Notes: generated by a model from the sequence alone, not told the origin. 64,000 nt of DNA from Paraspadella gotoi (GCA_051294375.1 CM119269.1:8181225-8245224); one strand, 5' to 3'. Positions 1 through 14,629 are shown, counted from the stretch's first letter. A program made the numbers and translations.

Positions 1-249
1 AGCCTATTACATGGACGGAATTTTCATGCTTTTTGCTCAAGGGGCATATTTTTCAAAAAAATGACTGAGCTGAATTCAAAACAGTTTAAACTTTATAAAG
101 AGAGAAAAAAAATTGCGGAATTTTTTAGCAAAAGAAGGTTACGTTGTAATTTTTTAACTATTATTTTCACTCACACGCTTTTTAAACTCGAGTCTGTTTA
201 CAGTTTAATTAACGGTTTCCTCTGTTCATTTGTTTGACTCGTAACGTCA

Positions 250-365
250 GCCTCGTTTTCGCGATTCTATCTTCCCGAAAAATTAATAATCATTGGGCGG
301 GGACGAATGCGCGATGCTTGGCAATGAGCCGTGTTGCTTGGCAATGAGCCTAGTAGCTTGGCTTT
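250..365. promoter_or_regulatory. Possible promoter cluster: CCAAT (reverse), GC box and tandem X-box (RFX)-like motifs
   Basis: cattgg at ~291, gggcgggg at ~295, and gcttggcaatgagcc twice (317-350). The second copy reads gttgcttggcaat, resembling the RFX X-box. Motif resemblance only. Confidence 0.3.
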
Positions 366-644
366 TAGTTGATATCTAAGCGTGAATCGTAGGCAATAAA
401 GTAAAAGTATTTTAGCTAATTAGTATGGAATTATTAACGTATCGTTCGTACATTTGTAACAACGTGCTATCTGTGTATAATAGAAATTACTATTAAGTAT
501 TTTGATATTTTCTTTCTAACTGCATTATTCATTGTATTTTGTCCGCAGCTTTTACTGTTTAATTCTCATTCACACTCTTTAAATAAAATTTATGTAATCC
601 GAAATCACTCGCTTTTTTCACGAAAAGAACGGGGACTAATGAGT

Positions 645-800
645 GGAGGAGAGGGAAAGAGAGCGGGAGATGGAGAGGAAGAGACGAAGAGAGAGAGAGG
701 AGAGAGAGAGAGAGGAGAGGAGAGGAGGAGGAGAGAGAAGAGGGAGAGAGAGAGGAGAGAGAGGAGAAAGGAGAGAGAGAGAGAAGAGAGAGAGAGAGGT
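645..800. repeat. (GA)n-rich microsatellite
   Basis: Imperfect GA/GAG run visible directly. Confidence 0.9.
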
Positions 801-829
801 GTGTTACTCACTCTTTTTTATCCTTTTTT

Positions 830-1155
830 CCGCTTCGTCGTCGTCGTAGTCTCGTCATATTTCGTCGTCACCGCCGTCGGCGTTCTTGTTCCGCAATCGC
901 ACATATCACGCGCGTTGCCTCACGGACGCGTCGTCGTCGTCGTCGTCGTAGTCATCTACGTCATCGTCGTTATCGAGATAGACGTTCGTCGTCGTCCTCT
1001 TCATCGTCGTCATTCTTTGGATGTCGTCGCCTGCAACGTCGTCGTCATCGTCGTCGTCGTCGTCGTTTTTCTACTCATCGTCGTCGTCATAGTCATAGTT
1101 CTGGCAGTCTTCTTCTTGGTCGTCGTCGTCGTCGTCGTCTTCGGCTGTCGTCGCC
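830..1155. repeat. Degenerate (GTC)n trinucleotide repeat region
   Basis: Repeated gtc/cgt triplets. The minus strand reads poly-Asp but is interrupted by stops. Confidence 0.75.
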
Positions 1156-2874
1156 TCCCAAAAAAATCGCTCTCTCACTCCTTCGCTTCGTCTCCACAAT
1201 TTCCAGCGCCTGATTCGCCTGATTTCGTCTGATTTCGTATGACTTCGCCTGATTTCGCCTGATTTGGCCTCGAACACGTTTTCTTTTTCACTCAACAGTC
1301 AAGACTGTTGATGTGACCTGTTGATTGTCATTCAGTCAGACTCGTTGAACTTTTCATTAATTGTTTTGATTCCATTTTGAATTTACTGATTTAGCTATTT
1401 TTTACTATTTGTTAAATTTATTTTCAATATCGTTAATTTTTTTATTCAATTTTATAAATTTTTTATCTGTTATGAATTTCAAATTTTTATTTTTAATTTA
1501 GTTTTTAGTTTTACGATTTTATTCCATGTTTTTATTTGATTTTTTTATTTTAATATATCAAATAATTTCTTTCTTTTTTCTTTTTAACATTCATTATCTA
1601 TTTGAACCTCAAGTTCGCTTTCGGAAACTTTTTTCGACATAAAAAAAAGTTTCTTATATCTAAACATTTTTCTTTATTTTAAGTAATAAACAAAATCAAG
1701 AGGAGAGTATCATAGTCATTTCGCTCGCGCCACGAAGTATTACGCCACCGATTTTGTCCTTGATTCAGAAACGTCTCAACTACTTAACGCCACCGAATGC
1801 TCCCATAATCATCACTTCTTTAATTTAACCTTATCTAAAAATTCCGACTCACAATTTTAACTACACAAATAAAACTTTGTCGCATGAGAATCCCAAATAT
1901 GACGATACTAAAATTAAAACGAGACTAAAACTCTTTCGAAATTAAAATTAAAAGTCAAGTCTTATATTGGGCCCAACGCCAAACGTCTTCGTCCATCCAT
2001 CCACGCCCATCGACACCCAGGGCCCCCCCAACGAGAGGCCCCCTCTTCTCCCACGACCGGCACAGGGCCACGTGGGCTGGCAGTGCACGCGGCGCGCGCA
2101 ACAGGTCCCATCGCTGCGGACGACATCCGGATCTATCGTTTTCTCAGTCGTAAACCCGTATGTAATCGGATTTCGTGGGCGGATTTCGACGCTTTCGTCA
2201 CGGGATTCGACTGAAGGACATGAATTTTGGTGAGATATGGGGTCATGGCATGGACATGGAGAGGCATGGACACGGAGAGACGGGAACATCGAAGAGTCAG
2301 GAAGGAACATGGAATAGGGACACGGGCATGGCGAGACGAGGGAAAGCAAGCAAAAATGGCAAGGGCAAGGCAAGGAGATTGGAAAGAAAGTCAAGATCAA
2401 GACGATTGAAGAAAACTCCAATACTAAATCCGTCGCTGAGAAAATGAATTGAATCGATAAAATTTCATAGTGAGAATTTAAATTAAATAAAAAAACTTAA
2501 GCGTGAGACGAAGAGAGAGTGAAAGGTCTTGAGATCAGTGAAATCGTGGGATCGTTGAAGATCTTGGATGGCCTCGACTTTGTCCGCTTGGGGGCGAATC
2601 CCGTCGGCGTCGACATGGTGGCCGACGAAGTCTAGGGACGGGACACCAAAGTCTAGTTATTATTGATTTCTTTTGTCATGTTAATCACTGGGCCGAAGAT
2701 AACTAAAATTTTGTTCTCGTATTTTCAAAATCTATATAATCTTCTCGATAATAATTCCGCCCAAGAGACTTTTGATAACTTTACTCACCCATTACTTTCT
2801 CCCCACCACGTGCTACCTTTCCCACCTTCTTATACCCACCCCCCCACCTCCACCTCCACACCCGACTCCCCAAG

Positions 2875-5486
2875 GGTCCGTGATAGACGCGTTGACGGGA
2901 CCCGAGGCCGACCTTTACCTCCTCTACGCTTTCGTCGTCGTCTTCTTCCTCACCTGCTGCGGCTGCTGCTTCAATTATCACCTCGAAAAATGGCGGCTGC
3001 GGGAATTCAAAGACGAGCCGCAGTTTCCTCACCTTTCCCAGGTAAGGAATTCTGCATTCCTCAGCGGCGCGTGTACGAAACGTTTTTTTTTTCATTTTTC
3101 AAAAAGTCCTAGAAATTTTTTTACTTTTAATTCTATATATTGATATTTTAGATATTTTTATTTTTTTGGTATGTCATTCGCCATTGGTCAAGGATAATTT
3201 ATACTAAGATAAATATATAATATTAGATATATAGTACATATTACATAAGTTGTGAAAGAGTGACTGGGGGACTCGGAGATTGTCTCTAAGTCCCTCTGCC
3301 TGTTTTTCAGTCCGTATTTTTTGAAATTTTGTCTTTTTTGTTGTGTCTGTGTGTGTATCCATCCGTTTAGCTCTCTCTCTTGAATTATGTTTCTAAGAAT
3401 TGTTAATTGTTAAGCCAGAAAGACCGAGAGCAAGTATAAACAGGCGTGAAAGCAGGTTTCTTCTTATAAATTTAAGTATTGATAAAATTAGAAAAAAAAA
3501 ATTCTTAATCCTCATGAAACACATGGTAAGCCGATGTTCAATTATAAATATATACACTTTTTCCCGATTCTTCGATAATCCGACATTTTTTTTTATCTCA
3601 TGCGCGAACAACGAAGGCGACTGCATTCGCTTAAGTTCTAAGTTTCTGTTCTGTTTTGTTCCGAAAGCGCCCAATATCTGTCGTTAATCCCTGAACTTAA
3701 TTTTAACCAAAATAATTTGTAACTTAGCCCTCAATCAAATCTCTGAACAAATCCTTAGCCTAACACCTAAATCTATTCACTAACCTAACCCTTATCCCTT
3801 ATCTAAAAACTTGAAAATTAGTTAATTACGAATTTAACCAGAAATGAACCTGGATTAAATAAAATATGGCCTTAACCACAGCCTGTCGAAAGTCAGTGGC
3901 AAGATAGCTTATTCATTAAATTAATGGATAATTATTTTTATTAGTTGTACCACTTTCATTAGAAATACTCAGATGCTTGAGATTCTAGAAGCATCGACAC
4001 TGATTCGTTGTTCTTCTGTTTGAAAAAGCGTTAATCGGTTTTCATGAGGAAAAAAAGAGAGAAAAAAATGGTTTAATCCTCTTGAGAAGGAGAAGAAGAA
4101 GAGAAGATTAAAGAAGATGAGAGGATTAAAAAAGAAGACGTGGAAGATTAAGGGATGATTAGCCGAGATTAAATCTGTGGAGGAGTTGAGCTGAGATGAA
4201 AATAAAAGGAAAAAGTTTTAAGATCTCCAATCAAATATATTACTTCTGTCTTAGACTTTTGGTTAACAAATATCGGTTTTTTATTGGTTTGTTTTTCTCT
4301 CTAAATCTACAAATGCAACAAAAAGAAAGTTCACTATAACTTCTCTACATCTGTCTTATAAATTCGTAGGTTTTCTATTTAAGCTTAAGCAATATTTATC
4401 TTCTGGTGGTTAAAAATCCATCTTGTCATTGCACGGTAGTCATTGGTGCAGAAAGCAAGTCCTTCGCTTCCCAAATTAAATGGTCCGGGGTACTATCCCG
4501 GTAACCGCCTATCAGCTAGCAGCCCCCTGTTACCTTGTGATACCTTGTACGCCCAAAGCTCAAGGACGGTTTATATTGAAGGGTATAATCACTTGCTCAT
4601 AACAATTAAGCTGTGTTACTTTAAATGTTTAATTTTTATAAAAAGTATTACGTTAACCAAAGCTATTGATATCTATTGATATCTATCTTAGGTTCATCAG
4701 GTTCAAGGTTCCGGATATTGTCGATTCGATTACGGAGGGATAGTTTTGGATGAATCTACTTTGGGTTCCACTTTCGAAATCCCAGGTGATGTTCAAAGAA
4801 TTAATATTTATCAATGATAACATCGCAGGAATATCACTGGTGATAAGCTTATTATGAAATATCATTAATATAATAATATTATTTAAATATTTACTTCTTT
4901 AAAACTTCATTCTCATAACGACATTTCCAAACTCATCATTCCTCATTTTTTCACCTCAGGAGTCGAAAATCCTCCCCCGGTGCTGGAGCCTTCCGCCCGC
5001 GCCGCTCCGAAAACGCCGGCCGCTCCTTCGCCGGCTGCCACCTCGCCTTCCACGCCGCTGGTGCCCGCCCCGGCCGTGGCCAAGCCGGTCGCCCCGCCCC
5101 CGCAAAACCTGGAGATCTTTCACCAGCAGCTGCAGCGGCTGCCTTGGCACCACCAGCTGCCCCCGTCGCCCTCGAAGGAGGCCGAAGCCAAACCGGTCAA
5201 ACCCGCCCTCAAGAAAGGGGCTGGGAGGAAAGGGTTCGCCGAGATGTTTGCCAAGCAAAAAGGCGGTGAGCATAACAGGATCTATCAATCATTAGTAAAA
5301 ATCAGATGAGCTAGATCAGGAATAAATCTATCGATCAATAATCAATTAATGTGTCACTTTATCTATCAGCTCAATCATTCAATTATTCATACTTATTACC
5401 GATAAATCAGTCTATCAATCGTTCAATTAATCTATCAATCAATTAGCCTCTCGATAATTTTAAAGTAAAATAAATAAATAAATAGA

Positions 5487-5521
<35 letters not shown>

Positions 5522-5843
5522 ATACATTTAAAAAATTAATTAATTAATTAATTAATTAATTAATTCAGGAGTGGCGTTCCAAGATTCCTCTTCCCTCTCT
5601 AAATCTTCCGCTCCGTGCGACTCAACCACGTGCCTCCTCTCCTCTTCTCCTTCTTCCGCGTCCAAGTCTACCGCTTCCGCCTCTGCTTCCGCCTCCGCCG
5701 CCGCCGCCGCCGAGGCCAAAGCCAAGAAAAAGTCGCCTCCGATTCAGAAGATCACCGCCTCCGAGCTGCGACGGATGCCGCCGCCTCCGACTTACGAGGA
5801 AGCGTTGGGCGGAGGAGGGGAGTCGTCCAAGGCGGGGGACTGA
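2875..5843 (+). CDS. Single-pass membrane protein with juxtamembrane Cys cluster, Pro-rich tail and C-terminal PPxY motif (Shisa/WBP1/VOPP1-like architecture); 5' exon(s) not resolved
   Basis: Phase-consistent AG/GT exons: 2875-3041 (LYLLYAFVVVFFLTCCGCCF), ~4452-4500, 4960-5265 and 5569-5843 (ends PPPPTYEEALGGGGESSKAGD*). The exons are GC-rich against AT-rich introns. Confidence 0.65.
3871..3962 (+). repeat. Dispersed repeat family A, short copy
   Basis: Core gcctgtc..aaagtcag..gcaagatagcttatt..ttaaat.aatggataatt..gttgtacca is shared with 8941, 12506, 14745, 43090(-) and 50140(-). Confidence 0.7.
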
Positions 5844-7284
5844 AGGCGGTGGTGAGGGGGTTGCGTGGGTGGAGGATCCGATGGAGAGAGAGAGAGGGGG
5901 GCGGGGTGGAGAGTGTCATTGGAGGTCGTTGGAGGAGTGATTGAAATCTGTTGCACGAGTTTTTAAAGTGAGGTGGAGTCAATGGAAGGAGTTGGAGTGG
6001 ATAGAGATTGTCTCATCTTTGAGGTCGAAGTGGTCAGAGTAGTTTTGAGTGGTCGGAGAAATTGTCATGGTCAGAGTTGTAGGAGCGATTGGATTAGTTG
6101 CAGTGGTTTGTGTAGTTGCCGCAGTTCATTTTCGAAATGGCGAAGTAGTCGAAGCAGTTAAAGCAAACAGGAGAGTTTACGTGGTTGGAGTAGTTGGAGC
6201 AGATGAAGTTGTTGGAGTATTGAGGCTGGTGAAGTGGTTGGAGCCCTCTAAAGCGGCTGGAGCGATTGGAGCCGTCGCAGTCGTTGGAGCAAAGACTCTC
6301 GCTTCCTTTTATTTTCCTTCATCTTCTTCGCCTTCGATTTTCGTCTCTTCATCTTCTCAATTAATTCAGGTTAGTTGTTTGTAAATGTGTTATTTTAACA
6401 ATCTAAAAAAATATAGAAATTCTAAAAAATCTTAAAAAAATCTAAAAATCTAAAAATCGAAATCCCTGGATATATCGAACAAATCGCCCTGTACGTAAAT
6501 TACGAATTCAAGGTCCAGTTTGCTCAGAAATAATTTACCATTCGTTCATCCGGTTTATAATTTTCCCTCATTGTCATTCTGTTTCTCTCCCGGTTACCAC
6601 GTCCACCTCATTCTCACCATTACGCCCCCTTTTCCACCCCCCTCTTTTCCACTCCTCCTCTTTTCCACCCCCCCAACCAAATTTGGGGAAAAAGAGAAAC
6701 AAGTGGCCACATGTCTCTAAGGAAAACCCTGGCCGAGGTCGTTAGAATCTCAGATTCTCAAAAAAAAAGGGCCGAAGTAAAAAGAATTTCGCGTGTTTAT
6801 AGTTACGGGGTTCGGCGCTGAAAAGTTTCCATAGCGTCCACATATATATGCTTTAAAGACCGGCTCTTCTTTCCACACGCGATGACCGAAGTCTGTAGTT
6901 CCAAAACAAAACGAAAGAAATAAATGTCGAAGCGAAACTGGAATTCTATGTAAATAAAACGAATGAGAAAACAAAAATAAAAAAAAAGCAAAACAAAACA
7001 AAAGAAACGAGAAGAAAACGAGACGCGAAACACAAACTCGTCGTAAAAAGAAAAAGAGGAAATAAACTTCTCTCGATTTTCTAAAAATGTCGTCTCCGCC
7101 ATCGGCTCAGTTCTTTCCTTATTCTCTCCCGCAAAAAGGGTAACGACGACATTAAATGTCTCGTTTTTATTTAAACAATAGTTTAGATTATAAATTTTTA
7201 AAAAGAAAAAGTGAAAGGTTAAAGGGACATTTGTGGGAACAACGTCTCGAAATTTTATCGAGTTTTCGATTCGCGACAAAAAAA

Positions 7285-7565
7285 AGACGATGAAGACGTC
7301 GATGACGACGTAGAAGACGACGATGAAGACGACGACGATATTAATGAGAATAAGTACAATGGTTCAGACGATGACGGTTATGATGACAACGATGAAGATG
7401 ACAACGATAATTACTATGAAGTTGAAGGTTACGTGACAATGAAGACGACAACAACGTTGATAGGAACATCGACGACGGTTAAGACGACAACGATCACGAC
7501 GACGATGAAGATGACAACGACGATGAAAACAACGGTGACAATGAAGACGACGACGACGACGAAGG

Positions 7566-7602
<37 letters not shown>

Positions 7603-7690
7603 AACGACGACGAGAATGGTTAAGACGACGATTAGGACGACGATGGCGATGAAGACGACGACGACGACGACGACGACGATGCTACCGAGT
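7285..7690. repeat. Degenerate (GAC/GAT)n low-complexity repeat
   Basis: Runs of gac/gat triplets, including a pure (gat)n run near 7568-7601. Confidence 0.75.
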
Positions 7691-7929
7691 TGACTTCTGT
7701 TTAAAATTTATGAAAAATTCGCATCGATTATCGGTAATATGGGTATTGGTATAACCAATTAAAAATATTTATACATTTAGTAATCAATCTTATCTTGTTC
7801 CCGACCTTGCATACTGCATTCTATGCAGTGAATAGATAATTGTAGGTTAACGCCTACATCCCTCTTACGTTCATATAATTTTATTTTTAAAAGAAATCAA
7901 TTAATTAAAAATTAATTAAATTTCGCCAT

Positions 7930-8840
<911 letters not shown>

Positions 8841-8940
8841 AAGAAGGCATTAACCGCCATTTTGTTCTTCCTTTCTTATTGAGTGATTTTGATAAAGAAA
8901 AAAGAAAGTCAGAAAAAAAATAACTATAAGATTATAAGAG

Positions 8941-9065
8941 CTATGTCATTATCTTGTAAGAGTGATGGAGGCCTTAAACCACCAAAGCCTGTCCAAAGTC
9001 AGGGGCAAGATAGCTTATTTATTAAATGAATGGATAATTTATATTGGTTGTACCAATTTTATATA
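8941..9065 (+). repeat. Dispersed repeat family A copy
   Basis: ctatgtcattatcttgtaagagtgatggaggccttaaaccaccaaagcctgtccaaagtc... is a near-exact reverse complement of 50140-50270. Confidence 0.85.
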
Positions 9066-9513
9066 AAACTGAAATAAATTGAAAGATAGATAAATCAATA
9101 AATCAATAAATCAATAAATAAATAAGTAAATAAATAAATAGATATATAAATAATTAAGTAAATAAATAAATAAAAGGAAAGACGTGAACCGCAAGAAGAG
9201 ATGATTATCAGATTCAAACTGAAGGGCGTCGATGGAAAGCGAAGACTAAAAATAGAATATTCATGCAAAACGTTGAGGTGGACGTAATGAGGGGCGAACT
9301 TGATAATGAAGAAGGAAAAAAAAAGAAAAGAAAAGGAAAAATAAAGAATAACGTGGATGAGCAAATAAAAATCTATGAATTAATCAATTTTTGAATCGAT
9401 AACTTTGCTTGATGCGCTGATTCAAGAAATCAATCATTCATTAGAATAATCAATCATTAATCATTCATTGAAGAAAGTACGATTTAATTACGCAATTGAT
9501 GTGCTCAAAAGTA

Positions 9514-9576
<63 letters not shown>

Positions 9577-9590
9577 TAATCGATCAATCA
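9514..9590. repeat. (AATC)n tetranucleotide microsatellite
   Basis: Direct run of aatc units. Confidence 0.9.
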
Positions 9591-10961
9591 GAATCGCTCA
9601 ATTAAGGGTTAAAGAATTTATATTTTAAGCAATTAATCGACCAGGTCTTCTATTCAATGACCAATGAATCAGGCAATCAATAGCTGTTCAGTCAACAAAT
9701 AACATTCCATTCAACAAAGTTTTAACCAATCAACCAATCAATCAGGTCGCCGCTGAGGAAGCCGCTCGTCCGATCCCCGTTCTCTGGAATTCTCAGTACG
9801 GTCACGTACGGACGCCGCCGGAAGTCGTGGAGCGTCCGCGCGCCAAACGCAACACGATGATCCACGAGTTTCTGCGCAAGAACGGGGTCACCATAGCCGT
9901 TGATGAGGAGCCAAAGAGGATGGCGGGGAGGGGACCGTGAATAAGAAGTTGGCAGAGACAGCAACGAAAATGACTATCTGCTTCTGCGTCATTTGATTTT
10001 AATTTCCCATAATTTAATTACTCATAATGACCGGCTAAGACGTTAAGCTCCATTCTTGTCATCATCATCTTCATCGTCATCATCATCATCAAATCATCAT
10101 CCATTATCTCCCCCCCCACCACTTTTTTCGCCTTTTTTTTCTCATCCTGGAACTAAACATTGGCAATAAATTAATAAAATCTCTAGTTAAAAAATAATCG
10201 CCCGACTGGGAGACCCCCCCAAAAAAAAAGACTAATTAAAATGGATGTGTTTTCTGTGACTGTGGACTTAATATTTGGAGTCGTGTTTTAACTCGTGCGT
10301 CTTTTTCGTCTGCGTTTTTTTGAAGTGAAGCTTCGTTGCTGGGATACGTCGCACCGTCACAGTCGATGATGAAATTTTATGTCCGTTGGTTTCATTATTT
10401 CTATACATCAAATTATCTCTGTCAAAATCGTCGTTTTGTAATAAAAAAATTAACAGAAAATACGAAAAATGTGGTTCTTATTAATGTTTATTTTCAGCCA
10501 TGAAAATGTGATAAAAATCAGTTAAATTTTAAAAGAGAAAAGAAAACAAAAGATTAACGTTTATCCTTTAAAAACTGCAAAAAGATGGCAGCACCAAGCT
10601 TAAGCGAAAACAAAAGGCAACTCCGTGGTTCTTTAAACTTTATGTATATTAATGTTGGGACGGATGTTCTTTGATGCTACAACTTATATAATACAATTAC
10701 TTTAATGCCTTCTTACCTAAACTATGTATTCATTTTTTTACTTATATTTATAAGTTAAGATAAGACAATTTCTTCCGCAAATATCGAAAACTCATTCAAC
10801 AAAGCCACATTTTATTCCGTGTAAAAGCAACTACAGAGACGTATCGATTATAAGGCAAAAGAGATGGTCAAGTGTAATAGACATAAAAGCGAAAACATAA
10901 AAAAACACTTTTTAACGAATAAATAAATAAATTGGAGGCGCGCATGAAAAGATGAAGACAT

Positions 10962-13493
10962 TCATAGGTTTGGTTGCGGCGGTTGTGATTTGCGACACAT
11001 TCCCATGTGCAGAGAAATGCCCACTTGGAAGAGAAGATCCAAAGCTGGAAAGGAAAAAAAATAAATGTTTGGTTGCTCGTTATTGTTATTAAAATCTTTG
11101 TTTAAAAACTATTTTAAAACATAACAAACCAAAAAGATAACCCTTTTCAATCCAATCGCCACCCCCTCCCACAAAAAAAATATTCCTAGACCATTGATGT
11201 CGACCTGCGACGGCCCATGAGATGGAGACCAAGAGGACGCATTTGTCGAGCGGTGGATTGTGATGTCTGATTGCGTAGCCGTAAATCTCGGCGCCGGGGA
11301 GATAATAACAGGTGAAGTTGTCTTTCTTCATTGAGGGGGAAAAGGAGGAAGGAGTCCGGCGACGAAACGCTTCTGAAATTAAAAAAAAAAAGACCATTCT
11401 GAAATGACCCAGAGGAGAGGGGGTTTGCCCGGTTGCCCTTTCGCTCTGACGGTTGGGATTATAGCTCTCCCGCTTCATGCGCCCAGCGGGTCTGGGAGAT
11501 TTTTCTGTCAGTCGAATTGCTTTCCGGCCCGTCTCTCCCTTGCAAGGACCGTTCCGACAAATAATGACAAATTTAGTTCTCAAAAGATTAGTCGCGTTCT
11601 TTAATGATTGAAATATTTTAATCGTTAAGTTTAACCTTGTTTTGTCTATAGTGGTAGTTTTCATGCAATCTGTAACTTTGATTTGTCTTTAGTCTTAGCT
11701 TTTTGTGATGCTCATGTACGTACTGAATCAACCTTGTTGAATTCGAAATAAAAACGCATAAATAAGCCCATCAGCCCGCTAAACGATATAAGCCAATCAA
11801 CCAGAAGATCCAACAGTCCCTCAGCCAATGAGCGCCTTACCCGCCGGTTTGGTGCTGTTCTCGATCGTCTCAAGCGTCAGTCCGCTTCTCACTTCCGCGA
11901 TGTCGTCGTATTTTTTCATTTCCCGAAAAACGTTAATTTGATTCCATGTCTCGTTTCTGTCACAGCCTTAAATATTTGATGAATGAATGAATTAAAAAGT
12001 GAATGAAGAAATAATTCATTAATCAAAAAGTGACTGACGATGAGATAAATACAAAAAAATATTAAAATCATAAAGCTATTTGTTTTACTCGTTTAAATAT
12101 TTAAAACAAAAATTAATATAAGCTTTTGTAGTCGTATTTCACCCTGTCTATAAGTATTCATATTCATATTCATATTCATATTCATATTCATATTCATTAT
12201 TCAGTCGTGATCCGTTGGCTCACCCGCGGACGTGTAGATGGAGCAGAGTGGATATCTCTTCAACGTGATTTCGTCCTCGTGCAACATTTGGTGACGCCGA
12301 AGTTGACCGTGATACTTTGACCCCGGTTTGTTCACCACGTAGTTCACAAACACCTGGTTATTAATATTCGATAAAAAACAGAATTTAAAAACTTTGCAGC
12401 ATAAACTTTTTAATCGCAAGCAAATTTCTTCGCTAAATGATTTTAAAAAGAATCTTATTCTTGTCAAATAAAAATAAACTACGCGTTTAATCGTTTATAA
12501 AATATAAAACCACCAAAGCCTATCCAAAATAATTGGCAAGATAGATTATTTATTAAATGAATGGATAATTTGTAAATTGGTTGTACCAATTTCATAATAA
12601 AATATCGTTATTTCCTTTCATTTCGTTGTGTTTGGATGATAGAAAACGTTTTAGATTGTTTAAACAACGATTTTATTAGTAATAAAAAATAAATAAAAAA
12701 AATAAAATCGTTGTTTGAACAATCTAAAACGTTTTCTATCATAATAAAATAATATTTGATAATTATTTTTTTTTCCTGGGCCCGATATTAGACTCACCTG
12801 TCCACAAGGGATGATGCCGTGACAAGAAAAACCGCAGGTGCAGTTTTGTTTTCCTCTCGGTCGCACCTCCTCCACCGAACATTTGGCCTTTTCAAATCTG
12901 GGAGAGAAGGAAAGGAGGAAGAAAGAGGAAAGGGAAAAGGAAAGAAGAGGAAAGGGAGGAAGAAGGAGGAAAGGAAGAAATAAAGAAGAGGAAAGGAAGG
13001 AAAAAGGAGGAAAGGGAGAAAGAAAGAAGAGGAAAAGGAGGAAGGAGGAAAGGGAGAAAGAAAGAAGAGGAAAGGGAGGAAGAAGGAGGAGAGGGTGAGA
13101 AAAGGAGGAAAAAGGAAAATAGAGAGGAAAAGAAAAAAAAAGGACAAAGGGGGATAAATGAAAAAAAAAAATCTTAATTCCACAAAACTTTTCTTTAAAT
13201 TGAATTTTAAATAAGATTGAATTTTGACAAAATTGAATGAGATCAACAACGTTTCAATAATTTCGTCGTTTTACTTTAAATGACCTCACATCGGTCACTA
13301 AATAAAACGAACGGCGACAAATTCACAAAGTCACAACCGAGACTCTTCGCCGGAATGATTAAAAGAATTGTATCGATCTCAATGTTGACCTGTAGTGATT
13401 GACGAGCGGCCGCGAGAGGACCAGAAGCACGGAGACGGCGATCGTGAATGTCACGACCAGGAGGAACATGTTCACACTCCAGAGTCGATCCAT
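10962..13493 (-). CDS. KCNMB: Calcium-activated potassium (BK) channel beta-subunit-like protein, ~236 aa, two TM helices and an 8-Cys extracellular loop
   Basis: Six phase-consistent GT-AG exons: 13493-13390, 12897-12798, 12353-12224, 11966-11841, 11372-11205, 11044-10962. Protein: TM1 MFLLVVTFTIAVSVLLVL; FEKAKC..NCTCGFSC..IPCGQVFVN..LHEDE..PLCSIY..CDRNETWN..NFTCYYLP; TM2 CVLLVSISWAVAALDLLFQVGISL. This matches the recalled KCNMB pattern (PCLQV.VN, CSY, F.C.Y.P). Confidence 0.75.
12506..12600 (+). repeat. Dispersed repeat family A copy (intronic)
   Basis: aaaccaccaaagcctatccaaa..gcaagatagattatttattaaatgaatggataatt..ttggttgtaccaatttcata. Confidence 0.75.
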
Positions 13494-13941
13494 CGGCGTC
13501 TGCGGCTCCGTGATCTGTGAAGAAGGTCAACGTAAAAGCGTGAGACTTTGACGAAAGAAGCGAAGAGTCGAAACGAAAAACATTGCTTCTATTTTTTAAA
13601 CTAAGACTATGACTTTTTGTTTAAAACTACCGGTCATTTGTTATATATATATATGGTTTCTACTAAGAGAGTTTTTTTTTTTTAAATCCAAAAGATAAAT
13701 ATAACTGTTTTGTTGTTTGTTGTTTGTTTACCGCAATATAAACTACTGTTTCGCGTCACCAATTGAGGCGAGAACAAATTTACCTTCTTCATCATCTTCT
13801 TGTTCTAAACAAAAACATTGCGTGGTGACTAAGTCGCCGCCCATAATGGAAGTGCATTGTGCGAGACGCGCTCAAGAAGAAAAAGCTTTGTTTCCGGCCT
13901 GGACGCTCTCCAGAGAAAGAGAGAGGAAGGGAGAGGGAGTC

Positions 13942-13978
<37 letters not shown>

Positions 13979-14300
13979 GAGAGAGACATCTCATATTTTT
14001 CCTTCTCTTTTCCCGATTCCACTTGAGTCTGACGCCAAAGCCATTTTTTTCTCTCCAGCCACAAACGTCTCCAATACTGAGTTATTTTGAAGTGAAAGCC
14101 CTGTAGGCTTTTATTTTCTTTATCTCGAAATAGAAATAAACCATTTTGTAATAAAATTGTTATCTCTATATATATTAACTAAACTAAAAATTGTAGAAAG
14201 CATAACGGTTTTCTATACATACAAGCAATACCTAAAAAGCATTAGTAACAAACTGAGGGTTAAAGAAAGAGAAAAAGAGAAAGAAAGAGAGAGGGGGTAG

Positions 14301-14341
<41 letters not shown>

Positions 14342-14629
14342 TGGCAAAATGGCAAAATAACTTACGATTGCGGCCCTAGCCGCTTTGTCATGTTCATTGT
14401 CTCCCATTTTTCAGTTAGCTACGGGTTTTATACCACTGAGAACCCTAAAAACAAGTTGCATCTTTAAGGGTTAGAATATAGTTTGACTCGGTAAATTGAA
14501 CACTGCAAACCAAGTAATAGCCTCCCCCCCAAAAAAAAAATTCAAAAACTAAAAACTAAAAAATAAAGTTTTACAAGATGCTTTTTCATTTTTGCAAAAC
14601 TTCTGAAATATGTAATACTTAAGGGAGTG

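Noticed and set aside
605-1295. ORFs of poly-ER, poly-V, poly-SL and poly-D
   Set aside because: They are translations of GA and GTC microsatellites with no domain signal.
7433-7693. Thr/Met-rich 86-aa ORF and Asp-rich alternative frame
   Set aside because: Product of GAC/GAT repeats; no splice or homology support.
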